From a virus (Duplodnaviria; Caudoviricetes), in IMG/VR virus record IMGVR_UViG_2852055501_000007, positions 1 through 64,000 of that record: DNA of 64,000 bases. One strand, written 5' to 3'. A program made the translations under genes and the position numbers. Of the stretch, positions 1 through 9,713 are shown one piece after another (within the stretch, counting starts at the first letter, position 1; every line of letters begins with the position of its first letter). The notes under the pieces are model-generated. The model worked only from the letters and a program-made list of their open reading frames with translations. It did not search any database and was not told where the DNA came from.

Positions 1-663
1 CTATTTAATATACACATACCGTGAAGTAAACCAAATTATTGGTTTACCATTTTTTACTTTAACGTCTTCGTTACCATTTTTGTCTACAGTTTTTGCTTTA
101 AACGTTAAATAATAAAGTCCAGGATTTTTAACATACAGTGCATAACTTATGCTCCTTTCCGCAGAAATAGGTACAATCAGATCATACATTGGTGTGTGAT
201 CAGTTTTTTTATCTTGTGAAATAACCTCATAAAAATTAGGATGATAAGTCTCCAATGCTTTTATTTTATCATTAACAACCTTAACACTCTGTATAGTTAA
301 TGATTCTTTATCTAAACCTATATGTATTGGCTCAGTTCCATTATTCTTAATAGTAACAACTGGAAGAATATAGAATCCATCGTCCCCTTTTTCCTCTGTA
401 ATATTTATAGAAAATAAAGTTGATTCTGTGCCTTTTATTCTCTCTTGTATTTCCTGTAATTCTGCAGCAGCCTTATCTCTTTGATTTAAAGCATCAAAAG
501 TATAAGCCCCCCAAAGTAACGTAAATATAGTACATAGCCCTACAGTTATATTGCTGAAGTTGGAATGTTCATTCCAAATAGCTCGAAAATAATAGACTGT
601 AAGACCTATGATAAAAATTAATATAGCAATAATGACTATAGACATTATGCTCATATCATCCAC
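1..663 (-). CDS. Hypothetical membrane protein (two N-terminal TM segments, short coiled coil, beta-rich C-terminal domain); second gene of an AT-rich operon
   Basis: 220-aa ORF, two hydrophobic segments in the first ~55 aa; start overlaps the stop of 656-1726. Confidence 0.7.
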   Translation of the reverse strand: MDDMSIMSIVIIAILIFIIGLTVYYFRAIWNEHSNFSNITVGLCTIFTLLWGAYTFDALNQRDKAAAELQEIQERIKGTESTLFSINITEEKGDDGFYILPVVTIKNNGTEPIHIGLDKESLTIQSVKVVNDKIKALETYHPNFYEVISQDKKTDHTPMYDLIVPISAERSISYALYVKNPGLYYLTFKAKTVDKNGNEDVKVKNGKPIIWFTSRYVYIK

Positions 664-1726
664 CTATATGCGTTGAACTACCATCACTGGGAAAGTCATC
701 TTCCTCAATATTAGAATCAACAAATTCACTATTTTGATTTGCAGCACTCAGTATTAACTGCCTTCTAATGCTCGGAATATCTAACTCATACTCAATGACA
801 TTACGATTAGATTCAATGAGTTCAGTTATTTCCGCGAGATTACTAGTATAGGTTTGATTGGTAAATTCTAATTCTTGGGCTGGACTTATGGTTGTCAATA
901 TTAAATATAAAAATGCAACTCCTGCATATCTTGATTGACTGCTAAACTTTAACCACAAATCACCTGGTGACATTAAAATTTGTTGAGAAGTTAAATCCAG
1001 AAGCCCACCATTTGAATATCTGACCATAGCATTTTTCAGATCTTCATAATTTATATTTAATGGGTTCTCATCATTTGATTGATGCTCAGAAATCATGATC
1101 GATAAAACTTGTATTCTATCAATCAGTTCAGCTAATTGTTTTAATGTATGATGTTTTAAAGCAGCAGATTGCTCTATCCTCAAACTACTATAATAATCAT
1201 TCCCATCGATAAAAAATGAAGAAAGCCAGTGAAAAACCTCCTTAGAATTATCACCTAAAGAAAATATCGCTTGATACGCATTAAACGATTTTTGAATTGT
1301 TATTGGTATTCTATTCCTAGGTATAGGATCACCCCATTGTACGTCTCTACGAACTTTAAATCCTTCATTTGCAGGAAATATATCTGTAGCATAATATGGA
1401 TTTGATTTGATAATCCCTGGTATTACTTGGCTAGAATTTAATGTGAAAACAACATCACCAACTTTCATATCAATAACAAAGCTCTCAATTTGAGGCTTAA
1501 CATTCTTTGCTGTTATAGCATTAAAACCTTCAAGTAAACTAGCCTTATTTGCCTGTGTTATTGGGTCACTAAATGTAAGCTCGTTAATCTGTAGATTATC
1601 TAAATGTGCTGTAGCAATTATCTCATTCTCAATAAACTCACTAGCAAACCGATATCTAACACCAGGACGAACTACCCAGCATTTTGATGCTAAATTAACT
1701 ATTCCAATTTTAAGTGGCATACTCAT
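656..1726 (-). CDS. Hypothetical protein with an N-terminal domain resembling that of Mrr/McrB-type restriction proteins
   Basis: 356-aa AT-rich ORF; motifs WVVRPG, MKVGDVV, RRDVQW recalled from restriction-associated N-terminal domains; C-terminal half not recognised. Confidence 0.55.
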   Translation of the reverse strand: MSMPLKIGIVNLASKCWVVRPGVRYRFASEFIENEIIATAHLDNLQINELTFSDPITQANKASLLEGFNAITAKNVKPQIESFVIDMKVGDVVFTLNSSQVIPGIIKSNPYYATDIFPANEGFKVRRDVQWGDPIPRNRIPITIQKSFNAYQAIFSLGDNSKEVFHWLSSFFIDGNDYYSSLRIEQSAALKHHTLKQLAELIDRIQVLSIMISEHQSNDENPLNINYEDLKNAMVRYSNGGLLDLTSQQILMSPGDLWLKFSSQSRYAGVAFLYLILTTISPAQELEFTNQTYTSNLAEITELIESNRNVIEYELDIPSIRRQLILSAANQNSEFVDSNIEEDDFPSDGSSTHIGG

Positions 1727-1778
1727 TATATCCCATAAATAACTACTATTAATTCTATTTATATCATTTAGTTATTTA

Positions 1779-1813
1779 TTTTGATAACTTATTTTGATAG
1801 TTTTTTGATAACC
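1779..1813. repeat. Three direct TTTTGATA repeats, probable integrase arm-type sites
   Basis: ttttgataac..ttttgatag..ttttgataacc next to the icd-end copy; degenerate equivalents at ~41828-41863. Confidence 0.5.
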
Positions 1814-1829
1814 ATCCCAATACGACAAT

Positions 1830-1858
1830 AAAAAACGGGAACTGATAAGCTCCCGTTA
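1830..1858 (-). terminator. Intrinsic terminator after the icd 3' fragment
   Basis: AACGGGA-ACTGATAAGC-TCCCGTT hairpin with A-tract (U-tract on minus); near copy at ~41881-41908. Confidence 0.7.
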
Positions 1859-1879
1859 ACTATTTCACTGTAAACTGAA

Positions 1880-2047
1880 TTACATGTGTTTGATGATTGC
1901 GTCACCAAACTCTGAGCATTTCAGGAGCTTAGCACCTTCCATCAGACGTTCGAAATCGTAAGTGACGGTCTTGGCAGCGATTGCCCCTTCCATTCCTTTA
2001 ACGATTAAGTCAGCAGCCTCAAACCAGCCCATGTGGCGCAGCAGTAG
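1880..2047 (-). pseudogene. icd: icd 3'-end duplicate (att junction), left boundary of prophage 1
   Basis: Translates [55 protein letters not shown], the isocitrate dehydrogenase C-terminus; no upstream icd sequence. Confidence 0.95.
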
Positions 2048-2240
2048 ATTGAAATCAGCTTTGTAACATTTTGATTAATATAGTTAAAATATACCTAAGC
2101 CACCACCTGACACAGGTAAAACTCAGTTATTCAACCTATTGAATGCTTTGAATTTTGTTTTCTTTTTGATAACAGCTTTTAGTGAACTGCACTTGATCTG
2201 TGATAAAATGCTATATAATTATTTGTTGTATAATGTAACG

Positions 2241-2512
2241 AAGTGTACTTAACCAGTTTCGCAGGTTCATACCCTGCATTTGTAACGCTCATCGCCCTTG
2301 TTGTAATCATAAGAGTAGTCAGCTTGTTGATATTTAATTATGTTAATTTTCAGAAAAAAAAGGGGGGATGCATGAATAAAATTTGGAATTTAATTTGTTT
2401 AACTATTGGTTGTTTAACTGAGTCTGTATGGGCTTTTTTGATTAGCGTTACAAGTAGTGGATCACAACTGACCAGTCTCCAAGATTTACTGGGTCTGGTT
2501 AAGTACATTTTT
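2241..2512 (+). ncRNA. Candidate structured ncRNA of unknown family
   Basis: Nested inverted repeats 2241-2256/2495-2510 and 2278-2293/2440-2455, side hairpins, TATAAT at 2229-2234, terminal U-tract. Confidence 0.5.
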
Positions 2513-2689
2513 ATGAGGTGTCGAGTGCATAGGCTCACCCCCCATCATATCGCCCTCAGTTTTTATAATATCTTCTTGTTACAGTTTATCTTATTGCGCC
2601 CTATATCGAGATAACTTAAATTTCATTTTTAAAATTATTAAAAATTCATTTTATCAACTATAGAAACCCCAAAAACATTTACTATTTTA

Positions 2690-3364
2690 TTATAAAAAAA
2701 TAAAACCTTCAGTTGTCAGTACCGGTTTTACACCCAATGGTACAATTAGGTTTTTTTTATCAATATTATTATTAATATCGTAAGTTTCATCCAATTCTTT
2801 TACTATAACCTTTCTTGATATTTCAGAGATCTCTCGACACAAACTAGCAACAATATTAGTTATATTGTATATTGAAACATATAAATCAAAACCACCAGAA
2901 TAAAATTTCCCATGATGTGGCAATTTAGGGTCATTTGCAAAGCCATCTAAATTATCAAAAACATACGTTAAATCATGGCAGTAATTGATAAGATTCTCTT
3001 TCTCCTCTGCCTTCCATTTTATCATTTTACCAGAAAGAAATAGTCTTAATGCTTTAGCAACAGTACAAATTGGAATTATAATCATTTCAGTATGACTAAG
3101 CATTATATTCTTATGATTAAAAAATACCCGAATCTCGTTTATGTCACCTTCATGGTGGTAGTAATTTCTTAGATGTTTAAGAAGCATGAATTCCGGATAT
3201 TTTAATAGACTCACATCGAAATCTTTCTTAAGTCTATCATTTAGAGAATGTAAGCTATTTAGAAATGAATAAAGTGTACGACTGTTTCTTTGCTCTTTGT
3301 ATCGAATATCCATGAGTTCAAAACTGCTATCAAAAAATCTATCAATATATTTATAGTTATCCAT
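2690..3364 (-). CDS. Hypothetical protein with HEPN-like RNxxxH motif (candidate RNase/Abi)
   Basis: AT-rich ORF, probable ATG at 3364; motif LKHLRNYYHH. Confidence 0.55.
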   Translation of the reverse strand: MDNYKYIDRFFDSSFELMDIRYKEQRNSRTLYSFLNSLHSLNDRLKKDFDVSLLKYPEFMLLKHLRNYYHHEGDINEIRVFFNHKNIMLSHTEMIIIPICTVAKALRLFLSGKMIKWKAEEKENLINYCHDLTYVFDNLDGFANDPKLPHHGKFYSGGFDLYVSIYNITNIVASLCREISEISRKVIVKELDETYDINNNIDKKNLIVPLGVKPVLTTEGFIFL

Positions 3365-3572
3365 AGTTCTCCCAACCACAATTAACCTTACGTTTTAAAT
3401 AGCTATACCATATCATATTCGTTAAGTATAGATTACTAACTAATCTTGGTGACTCAATCGAAATATTGATCAAATATCAATCAATATTGCTAAGTAAATA
3501 GTAACTGTACCAAACATCCGCCAGCCTAACCTTATTTTACTCACCGACTTCCCCAGCCTGTTCAACTAATTC

Positions 3573-5117
3573 CTAAGCCTCCCGTTCTGCCTGCTCACGC
3601 TCCATCTGTTCGGCCAGTTCACGCTGTTTCATATTCCAGACGGAGCCCTGCGGCATTTCGACACGCACATCGAGGCGGGTTGATTCCGGCAGGTCACACG
3701 GTTCGCCGTCCTGATAGAAAATGCGCTCACCTTCCGGGGTGACCTCTTTCAGCCGCCAGTTCTGGAAACGTTCCGGCAAATGCGCATGCTGACGGTGACA
3801 GGTTTCGATGATAATACTGCCATCTTTCTGTACGCGGTCATCGACATAAACCAGCTCAAGGCCGTTATTGTCTTTCGGTACGGAAATTCCACCGTTTACA
3901 CCCCATGCGCCATCTGAGTTATAACCAAGAATGCCGGTAATGTGATATTGGCCGGTGCCGGTGCGGCTGACTTCAGCACCTTCGGATTCGTCGTTGGTGT
4001 CGTAATGGCCATCAGGGTAAATCTGAACGATTGGCGACGATTTTTTATAATATCCACTGCCGTCTACGATATACATATTGGATGTCAACACCCTTACCGA
4101 TTCCCATGCAGAACCAGTATACCGATGTATCGCCATGTGCGTCGCGCCGTAGTTGGGAAGGACTATCCTTTGTCCAATATCCCCGGAATACCTGGTGGTT
4201 ATAACGCTTCCAAATCTGTCTCCTATGACAGAAGGGGGATTTTGACTGTTCTGGTTAAATCTATACATACCATTAGGCAAATTGGTATTAGTGAAATTTG
4301 TCATATACGGAGGATAGTCCGCGTATACTGACCCCCATCCGGTTGCCTGCTGAATCCAGGAGCGAGTCGCAACTACGCCGGTGTCATATGGTATCGTCAC
4401 AATGTGCTGGTTTTCGCCGTTAGCTTGCCGATACACAATGCTAAGCATTGATGCTGTACCCGCATGAGGATTTGTCTCCAGTCGCACATAGCGGCCATCG
4501 ATCTTTACTAAATCCAGTCCTGTATATTCTCCGTCACTAAAGCAGCGGGTGGAGCCATCCGAAATCAACGCAAAACGATATCTGTCTGTGACGGTGTCTT
4601 TAAAACCGACTGTTCCCCCGTCTTCCAGCTGAACAACATTCCTTTTGTTCGGACTTTGTACGCGGGTAACAGCAGAATTTGGCTTATACAGCATCTCCCC
4701 GACCCATTCCCTCGAAGCCAGCCCTTTTACATCCTCCAGTGTCACCTTCTGCCCGTTCGGCAACTCAATTTCCACCTGGCCGGTGTCTGTCATCCACTGC
4801 TGCATTGCCTGGAGAAAGTAAACGATATAGCCCTGATTGGCTGACATGGTGCGGGCTGCATCCGAAATGGTATCCGGGACTGTGGTGGCAATGGAGTATT
4901 TCGCACCACTGAGCGTTACCGGGGCATTGAATGACAACACCAGTTCGGTATCACTGTTTACCGCGCGGATCATCATGCTGACCGGTGCTATACCGTTCTC
5001 GATGCTGATAAGCTGGCCCGGGGCCACACCGTGAATGTTCTTTTTCCACTGCGTACCAGTGCCGGTCACAATCGGTGAACCGGCATTAATGGCTATGGTG
5101 CCGTCGGTGTAAATCAT
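3573..5117 (-). CDS. Side tail fibre protein
   Basis: N-terminus MIYTDGTIAI..VTGTGTQW and C-terminal IVQIYPDG..GISVPKDNNG typical of siphophage fibres; located after J. Confidence 0.85.
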   Translation of the reverse strand: MIYTDGTIAINAGSPIVTGTGTQWKKNIHGVAPGQLISIENGIAPVSMMIRAVNSDTELVLSFNAPVTLSGAKYSIATTVPDTISDAARTMSANQGYIVYFLQAMQQWMTDTGQVEIELPNGQKVTLEDVKGLASREWVGEMLYKPNSAVTRVQSPNKRNVVQLEDGGTVGFKDTVTDRYRFALISDGSTRCFSDGEYTGLDLVKIDGRYVRLETNPHAGTASMLSIVYRQANGENQHIVTIPYDTGVVATRSWIQQATGWGSVYADYPPYMTNFTNTNLPNGMYRFNQNSQNPPSVIGDRFGSVITTRYSGDIGQRIVLPNYGATHMAIHRYTGSAWESVRVLTSNMYIVDGSGYYKKSSPIVQIYPDGHYDTNDESEGAEVSRTGTGQYHITGILGYNSDGAWGVNGGISVPKDNNGLELVYVDDRVQKDGSIIIETCHRQHAHLPERFQNWRLKEVTPEGERIFYQDGEPCDLPESTRLDVRVEMPQGSVWNMKQRELAEQMEREQAEREA

Positions 5118-5229
5118 GGGGTTTCCTTAAATTTCAGACGAAAAAAAACCGCCGGAGCGGTTGTTGGAGGAGATTATTTATTTTGATTTTAGTTTTGCGG
5201 ATCGAAGTAAGCGACGGTAACGGCGATAA

Positions 5230-5496
5230 TCAGTCCTCTGTACTCTTGCCTTTAACACATGTAATTTTGTCAAACGTATCCATGCGGATCCAGCCATGCA
5301 AACCCAGAACAGGATCACCTGTACTGAAAAACCGTTTACTGTCCGGCGCATATTTTGTCAACTTAGCTGAGTAATGCCGGTTATCCAGCCCCTCAAACAT
5401 ATGCCCGGTGCAATCCACTGGTTTGGTGTATACGTTATGGCTGCAGGCTGTCAGCGTGGTTATTGCAGCTAATGTGATTAATTTTGATATATTCAT
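5230..5496 (-). CDS. cor: Cor-like superinfection-exclusion lipoprotein
   Basis: Lipobox LTAC, second Cys, C-terminal W..TF..ITC; same position as cor in phi80/N15/HK022. Confidence 0.6.
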   Translation of the reverse strand: MNISKLITLAAITTLTACSHNVYTKPVDCTGHMFEGLDNRHYSAKLTKYAPDSKRFFSTGDPVLGLHGWIRMDTFDKITCVKGKSTED

Positions 5497-5498
5497 TC

Positions 5499-6185
5499 TT
5501 ATATCCCCGTTATATCTATTATCATTATATATAGCGGTATATCACATGATTCAAAAGATTGTGATGCATGCGGTCTGGAATACGTATCAACCAACAGACG
5601 TACTTCCAGTTTAGAACCGTTCATTCGCCAGAAATAAGACTCGAATTCCATATATTCATCATAATTTGTTCTTTTCTGAGCACCACCGCCAAATACAACT
5701 GCACAGTTATTACCATTATTAGGCATTGTCATAGACCACATTGTATCAGGCCATAGTTTAAGCCGCTGAACATGCAGTATATTTGCAACGCCCCAGTTAG
5801 TATTATATACCACCTGATTGGTTACCGGGTTTATCACAACTATTCCCGTTCTTTGATTACGCACCCTAACAGGAGCGTTGCCAAACTCCCAGATTTCTAT
5901 ATTTCCGCCGGGACCGTCGCGGAAAGGCATCGAGACAAAAGCATTGTTATTCGTATTGTCAAACGCCTGACCGCCTATTCTGACCCAGAATGATGCTCTG
6001 GCTGCGATCATTTGTGTGTTCGGATGAACTCTGGCAGGAAAATAAACCTCTTTGATGGTTCCCTGTCCGGCATCCTGTACTTTCGGACAATGAAATGACT
6101 GTTTTCTGATTAACCCTAACGCTATATTAGTACCGTCAATTTGCATCCGGCCGGTGTCACCAAAACATATAAAACCGTGTTTCAT
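5499..6185 (-). CDS. Tail-tip accessory protein downstream of J
   Basis: 228-aa ORF in the phi80/HK022-like J-x-y-cor arrangement. Confidence 0.6.
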   Translation of the reverse strand: MKHGFICFGDTGRMQIDGTNIALGLIRKQSFHCPKVQDAGQGTIKEVYFPARVHPNTQMIAARASFWVRIGGQAFDNTNNNAFVSMPFRDGPGGNIEIWEFGNAPVRVRNQRTGIVVINPVTNQVVYNTNWGVANILHVQRLKLWPDTMWSMTMPNNGNNCAVVFGGGAQKRTNYDEYMEFESYFWRMNGSKLEVRLLVDTYSRPHASQSFESCDIPLYIMIIDITGI

Positions 6186-6526
6186 GATTTTACACCATAT
6201 AATATACGCATATAAGTTTCCCTGGCTCTCTGTTCGTCGTTTCGCCTTAAATTACCCTCAAAAATAATAACGCCATTTTCAACCCGGCAATCGCACCAGC
6301 CGTTATGATTGAACCAAAAGCTCGGATTAACCCAGACGAAAATCTCCCCCATAGGGAGCAGGTTCCGGTGATCCCAGCTGTATTTAAACTGACCGACCGG
6401 TGCAGGATTAATATCATGCCAACCGACGAACCGACCGAGTCTTTTACCGGAATCTAATATTTTATTACCGCGATCATCATATACAATAATCCCGTGAGCC
6501 ATATTAATACCCCGATATATCACCAA
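6182..6526 (-). CDS. Small tail-tip accessory protein
   Basis: MAHGIIVYDDRGNKILD motif; directly follows J (true start probably the internal Met). Confidence 0.6.
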   Translation of the reverse strand: MVIYRGINMAHGIIVYDDRGNKILDSGKRLGRFVGWHDINPAPVGQFKYSWDHRNLLPMGEIFVWVNPSFWFNHNGWCDCRVENGVIIFEGNLRRNDEQRARETYMRILYGVKS

Positions 6527-9500
6527 TAATGACCGTCAGCCGGTTATTGTCATATACTTTAATACCGCCCGCTGTAATACCGGTACCGTTTGTTGTTGTT
6601 CCGTCAAAGAACTCAAATTTATTAGCCTTTGCATCCAGAATAAAACCCTGTTTACCCGGCACATAGTTCTCCGACTGCATTTTGTCAGTGACAACCACAC
6701 TGTTAAGCCATGTCTGATTAATGAACGCCTCACGCATAAAGACCTGTCCGTCCTTCATGTACATGAACATGTCCATCGATTTTTTCACCGGATTATAAAA
6801 CGCAAACTGCTGAGCGTTAAAACCGATAAGGGTGTTCACCTGACCACCTTTCAGCTCAGCCCCGATCACCATACCGGCGGAATAGTCCTCACCGTTGTAA
6901 CGGATCCGGACTTTCATATCGTGAATAACGGATGCTTCGCCGGCGGCCATATCCCACTGCGCGCGGACGGAGTTCTGCGCCATCGCGAAACTGTCGTCTG
7001 CCGTCACCTTCACCGCGTCTATTTTCTCAGCCAGCGCCGTGGTTTCCGTGACCGTGTAGTTGCGTACTTCGATAATCTCGGCTTTCATCGCGCCGCTTTC
7101 ACGCTGCCAGTAACCCCACTGGCCGTAAGCGTTGTTGGCGTTGTTGATAATGGCCTCAAAATTATCATCCGCCTGCGACTGCAGGTCTTTGATGATCTGT
7201 GAGTCGCCCAACCCGGCGGCCACTTCATCAATAATGGTTGATGCATCGAACTCGGCCACACCGCGTACAAACTCAGTCCAGGGTGACTGATTACCGGTTT
7301 TATCCACCAGCCTGGCGCGGAAATAAAACGCGGTACCAGCTGCCAGACCGGCCAGTTCGTGAGAGCGGGACGGATACGGCACATCGGCCAGCAGCAACAG
7401 GTTCTGGCCATCGTTGGTTTTGCTGTACTGAATTTCGGTTTTCAGGGTGTCTTCGGTGAATTTACCGAACTCCCAGTTCAGTTTGATCCCGAATACCAGT
7501 GTGGATGCACGAAAGTTCAGCGGTACCGGCGGATCCCCCGCCTTGCCGGTCAGCCGGGTTTCCTCTGAATATCCCCAGCCGCTGGAGATTTCCGCTGCGT
7601 TAATCGCCCTGACCCGCACCAGATAGCGGCCTGAATAGACCCCGGGCACGTCAAATGAAGTCGTGGCATTGCGCGGTACATTGATCCAGTTGCCGTCATC
7701 ACGCCGCCACTGTGCCTCATAGGCAATAGCATTCTCCGCCGGTGACCAGGTAACCTGCATGGTTTCAATGCTGATCCCCTGGTTCACGACAGAATAAGAG
7801 CTGACAGTGATATCTTTCGGCGGAAACTGGTTGCCGGGCGGAATAACACTGATCGGACGTTCATCGAGTACCGCGCCGGTGTCTATCCGATCGAATTTAT
7901 CCGGATCATGCATGGCCGCCGATATCGTGAAGGTACCATCGTCATTTTCAGTCACACTCACCACCCGGTACTGCTGGGCGTACAATTCGTCTGATTCCGT
8001 CACCCAGACACATTCCGGCTCCGGCGTTTCGCTGTATTCCGTGGTAACGGTTATAACGTTATCCGTGACCATCTGGATGGTGCGGGCCTGTGATTTACCG
8101 GACGGAAGATTCAGCATCAGCCGGTCACCCGGCGCGGCATCCGGTTTGCGGTCGAGGGTGATACTCCGGCCATTCACCGCACTGACGCGGCCGCCGGTCA
8201 CTTTCCCGGACAGGTTTTCATCCGCCACTGCAATGATGTACCCCGGCTGCGGGATATTACCGTCCAGCCCCACACTGAATGTCACTACCCGGTCTTTGTT
8301 GTTGGTGAGTATCCCCCAGCGGCCTTTGCGGTTGGCCTCTGACTGACGGGTACAGCCGATTGCCGTCATTTCCAGCTGATTAAAGCCGAACCGGTAAACC
8401 AGCTCATTTTCAAACACCGGCTCCATCGCATCGGCATAGCCGTTCAGCGGATCTGAGTACGACACCAGAGCGGAGGAATAGCGGGCCTTACTGCTGCTGC
8501 CGGAATAGGTGAATTTACCGTCCAGCACGTTGGCTTTGGTGTAGCTGTAATCAATGTCGCGCGGCATATCCGCCAGGGTGATAATCTGGTTTCCGCCCCA
8601 GTAGGTCATTCCCCGGAAGATGGCCGCAAAATCCCGCAGCACGGTATAGGCTTCATTGCGATCCTGCACATACACATCACAGATATAGCGCGGCTCAGTG
8701 CCGCTGCCACCTTTGCCGTCCGGTACCGGCTGGTCACAATACTGCGCAACGCGGTACAACTCCCATTTATCGATATTCTGAATTTTGATACGGTCACCGA
8801 GGCCGAAACGATCGGAAATCACGATATCGTAAAAGACCCAGGCCGGGTTATTGGTCCATGCCCATTTAAACGAACCGTCCCAGGTACCGGAATACGTCCG
8901 GTGCTCCGGGTCATAGTTTGACGGTACACGGATGATCCGCATCTTCGGCTCGCAGGTGACCTGCGGGATGGAGCCGTTAAACTGTTTTGAGTCAAACTCA
9001 ATATACAGCAGCGCGGTATGCGGATAGGTCAGTTTGGCATCAATCACCTCGGTGTAACTCTGCAGCACCATGGTGTCACCAATTTTTGCGCTGTTGGCAT
9101 CTGCCGTGATTTTACGCACACGCAGTGTCCAGGATGTGGCCGACTGCGGCAGATCAATGCGGTGGGTACGCTCATAACCGGAAGTTGTTTTGCCCTTTAC
9201 ACGTCCGTCCACAACGGTTTTCCAGCTCCCGCCGTCAGTCTGTAAATCAATGGCGTATGCCACCTCGTTACCGACCATATCCCCGTTATCCTCCTGGCGG
9301 AACAGGGACGGCCATTTCAGGCGGACGCGGACAGCGGATAGTTGCGGGTTGGTGAATGCGTGTGCCCACAGCGTGCTGCTCTGCACGGTGGTACCAACGG
9401 TGATTTCATTCTCCGCCGCAGGCATCCCCTGTATATAGGTTTGTGCCTGGGTGCCGGGACGGTATTCCCACACCACGCCGGGAAAGTTTTCTGATCCGTC

Positions 9501-9680
9501 AGCATTCAGCAGCGGGGTACCATCCAGAAAAATAGTCTTCCCGGTCAGCTCACCGGCAAATTCACCTTCACCGAGGGCGATCAGCAATTTAGCTTTGGCT
9601 ACGGACTGTAAGTCGTCCGGTTGTTCGACGGGCGTACGCGGGCTGCCACCGCCACCTTTGCGGCCTGTGATTTGTGTCAT
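6504..9680 (-). CDS. Central tail fibre / host-specificity protein J
   Basis: 1058 aa, GRKGGGGS..PVEQPDDLQS start, AWTNNPAW, FN3-like repeats. Confidence 0.95.
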   Translation of the reverse strand: MTQITGRKGGGGSPRTPVEQPDDLQSVAKAKLLIALGEGEFAGELTGKTIFLDGTPLLNADGSENFPGVVWEYRPGTQAQTYIQGMPAAENEITVGTTVQSSTLWAHAFTNPQLSAVRVRLKWPSLFRQEDNGDMVGNEVAYAIDLQTDGGSWKTVVDGRVKGKTTSGYERTHRIDLPQSATSWTLRVRKITADANSAKIGDTMVLQSYTEVIDAKLTYPHTALLYIEFDSKQFNGSIPQVTCEPKMRIIRVPSNYDPEHRTYSGTWDGSFKWAWTNNPAWVFYDIVISDRFGLGDRIKIQNIDKWELYRVAQYCDQPVPDGKGGSGTEPRYICDVYVQDRNEAYTVLRDFAAIFRGMTYWGGNQIITLADMPRDIDYSYTKANVLDGKFTYSGSSSKARYSSALVSYSDPLNGYADAMEPVFENELVYRFGFNQLEMTAIGCTRQSEANRKGRWGILTNNKDRVVTFSVGLDGNIPQPGYIIAVADENLSGKVTGGRVSAVNGRSITLDRKPDAAPGDRLMLNLPSGKSQARTIQMVTDNVITVTTEYSETPEPECVWVTESDELYAQQYRVVSVTENDDGTFTISAAMHDPDKFDRIDTGAVLDERPISVIPPGNQFPPKDITVSSYSVVNQGISIETMQVTWSPAENAIAYEAQWRRDDGNWINVPRNATTSFDVPGVYSGRYLVRVRAINAAEISSGWGYSEETRLTGKAGDPPVPLNFRASTLVFGIKLNWEFGKFTEDTLKTEIQYSKTNDGQNLLLLADVPYPSRSHELAGLAAGTAFYFRARLVDKTGNQSPWTEFVRGVAEFDASTIIDEVAAGLGDSQIIKDLQSQADDNFEAIINNANNAYGQWGYWQRESGAMKAEIIEVRNYTVTETTALAEKIDAVKVTADDSFAMAQNSVRAQWDMAAGEASVIHDMKVRIRYNGEDYSAGMVIGAELKGGQVNTLIGFNAQQFAFYNPVKKSMDMFMYMKDGQVFMREAFINQTWLNSVVVTDKMQSENYVPGKQGFILDAKANKFEFFDGTTTNGTGITAGGIKVYDNNRLTVIIGDISGY

Positions 9681-9713
9681 TGTGGATTTCCTGCTGGATA
9701 ACTGAAGGGAAAA

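Noticed and set aside
2241-2512. Retron msr/msd interpretation
   Set aside because: No reverse transcriptase (YxDD) ORF is visible in the window
2243-2614. 123-aa plus-strand ORF
   Set aside because: No recognisable family, GTG start without RBS, and it overlies the structured repeat region; kept only as an alternative reading in the ncRNA finding
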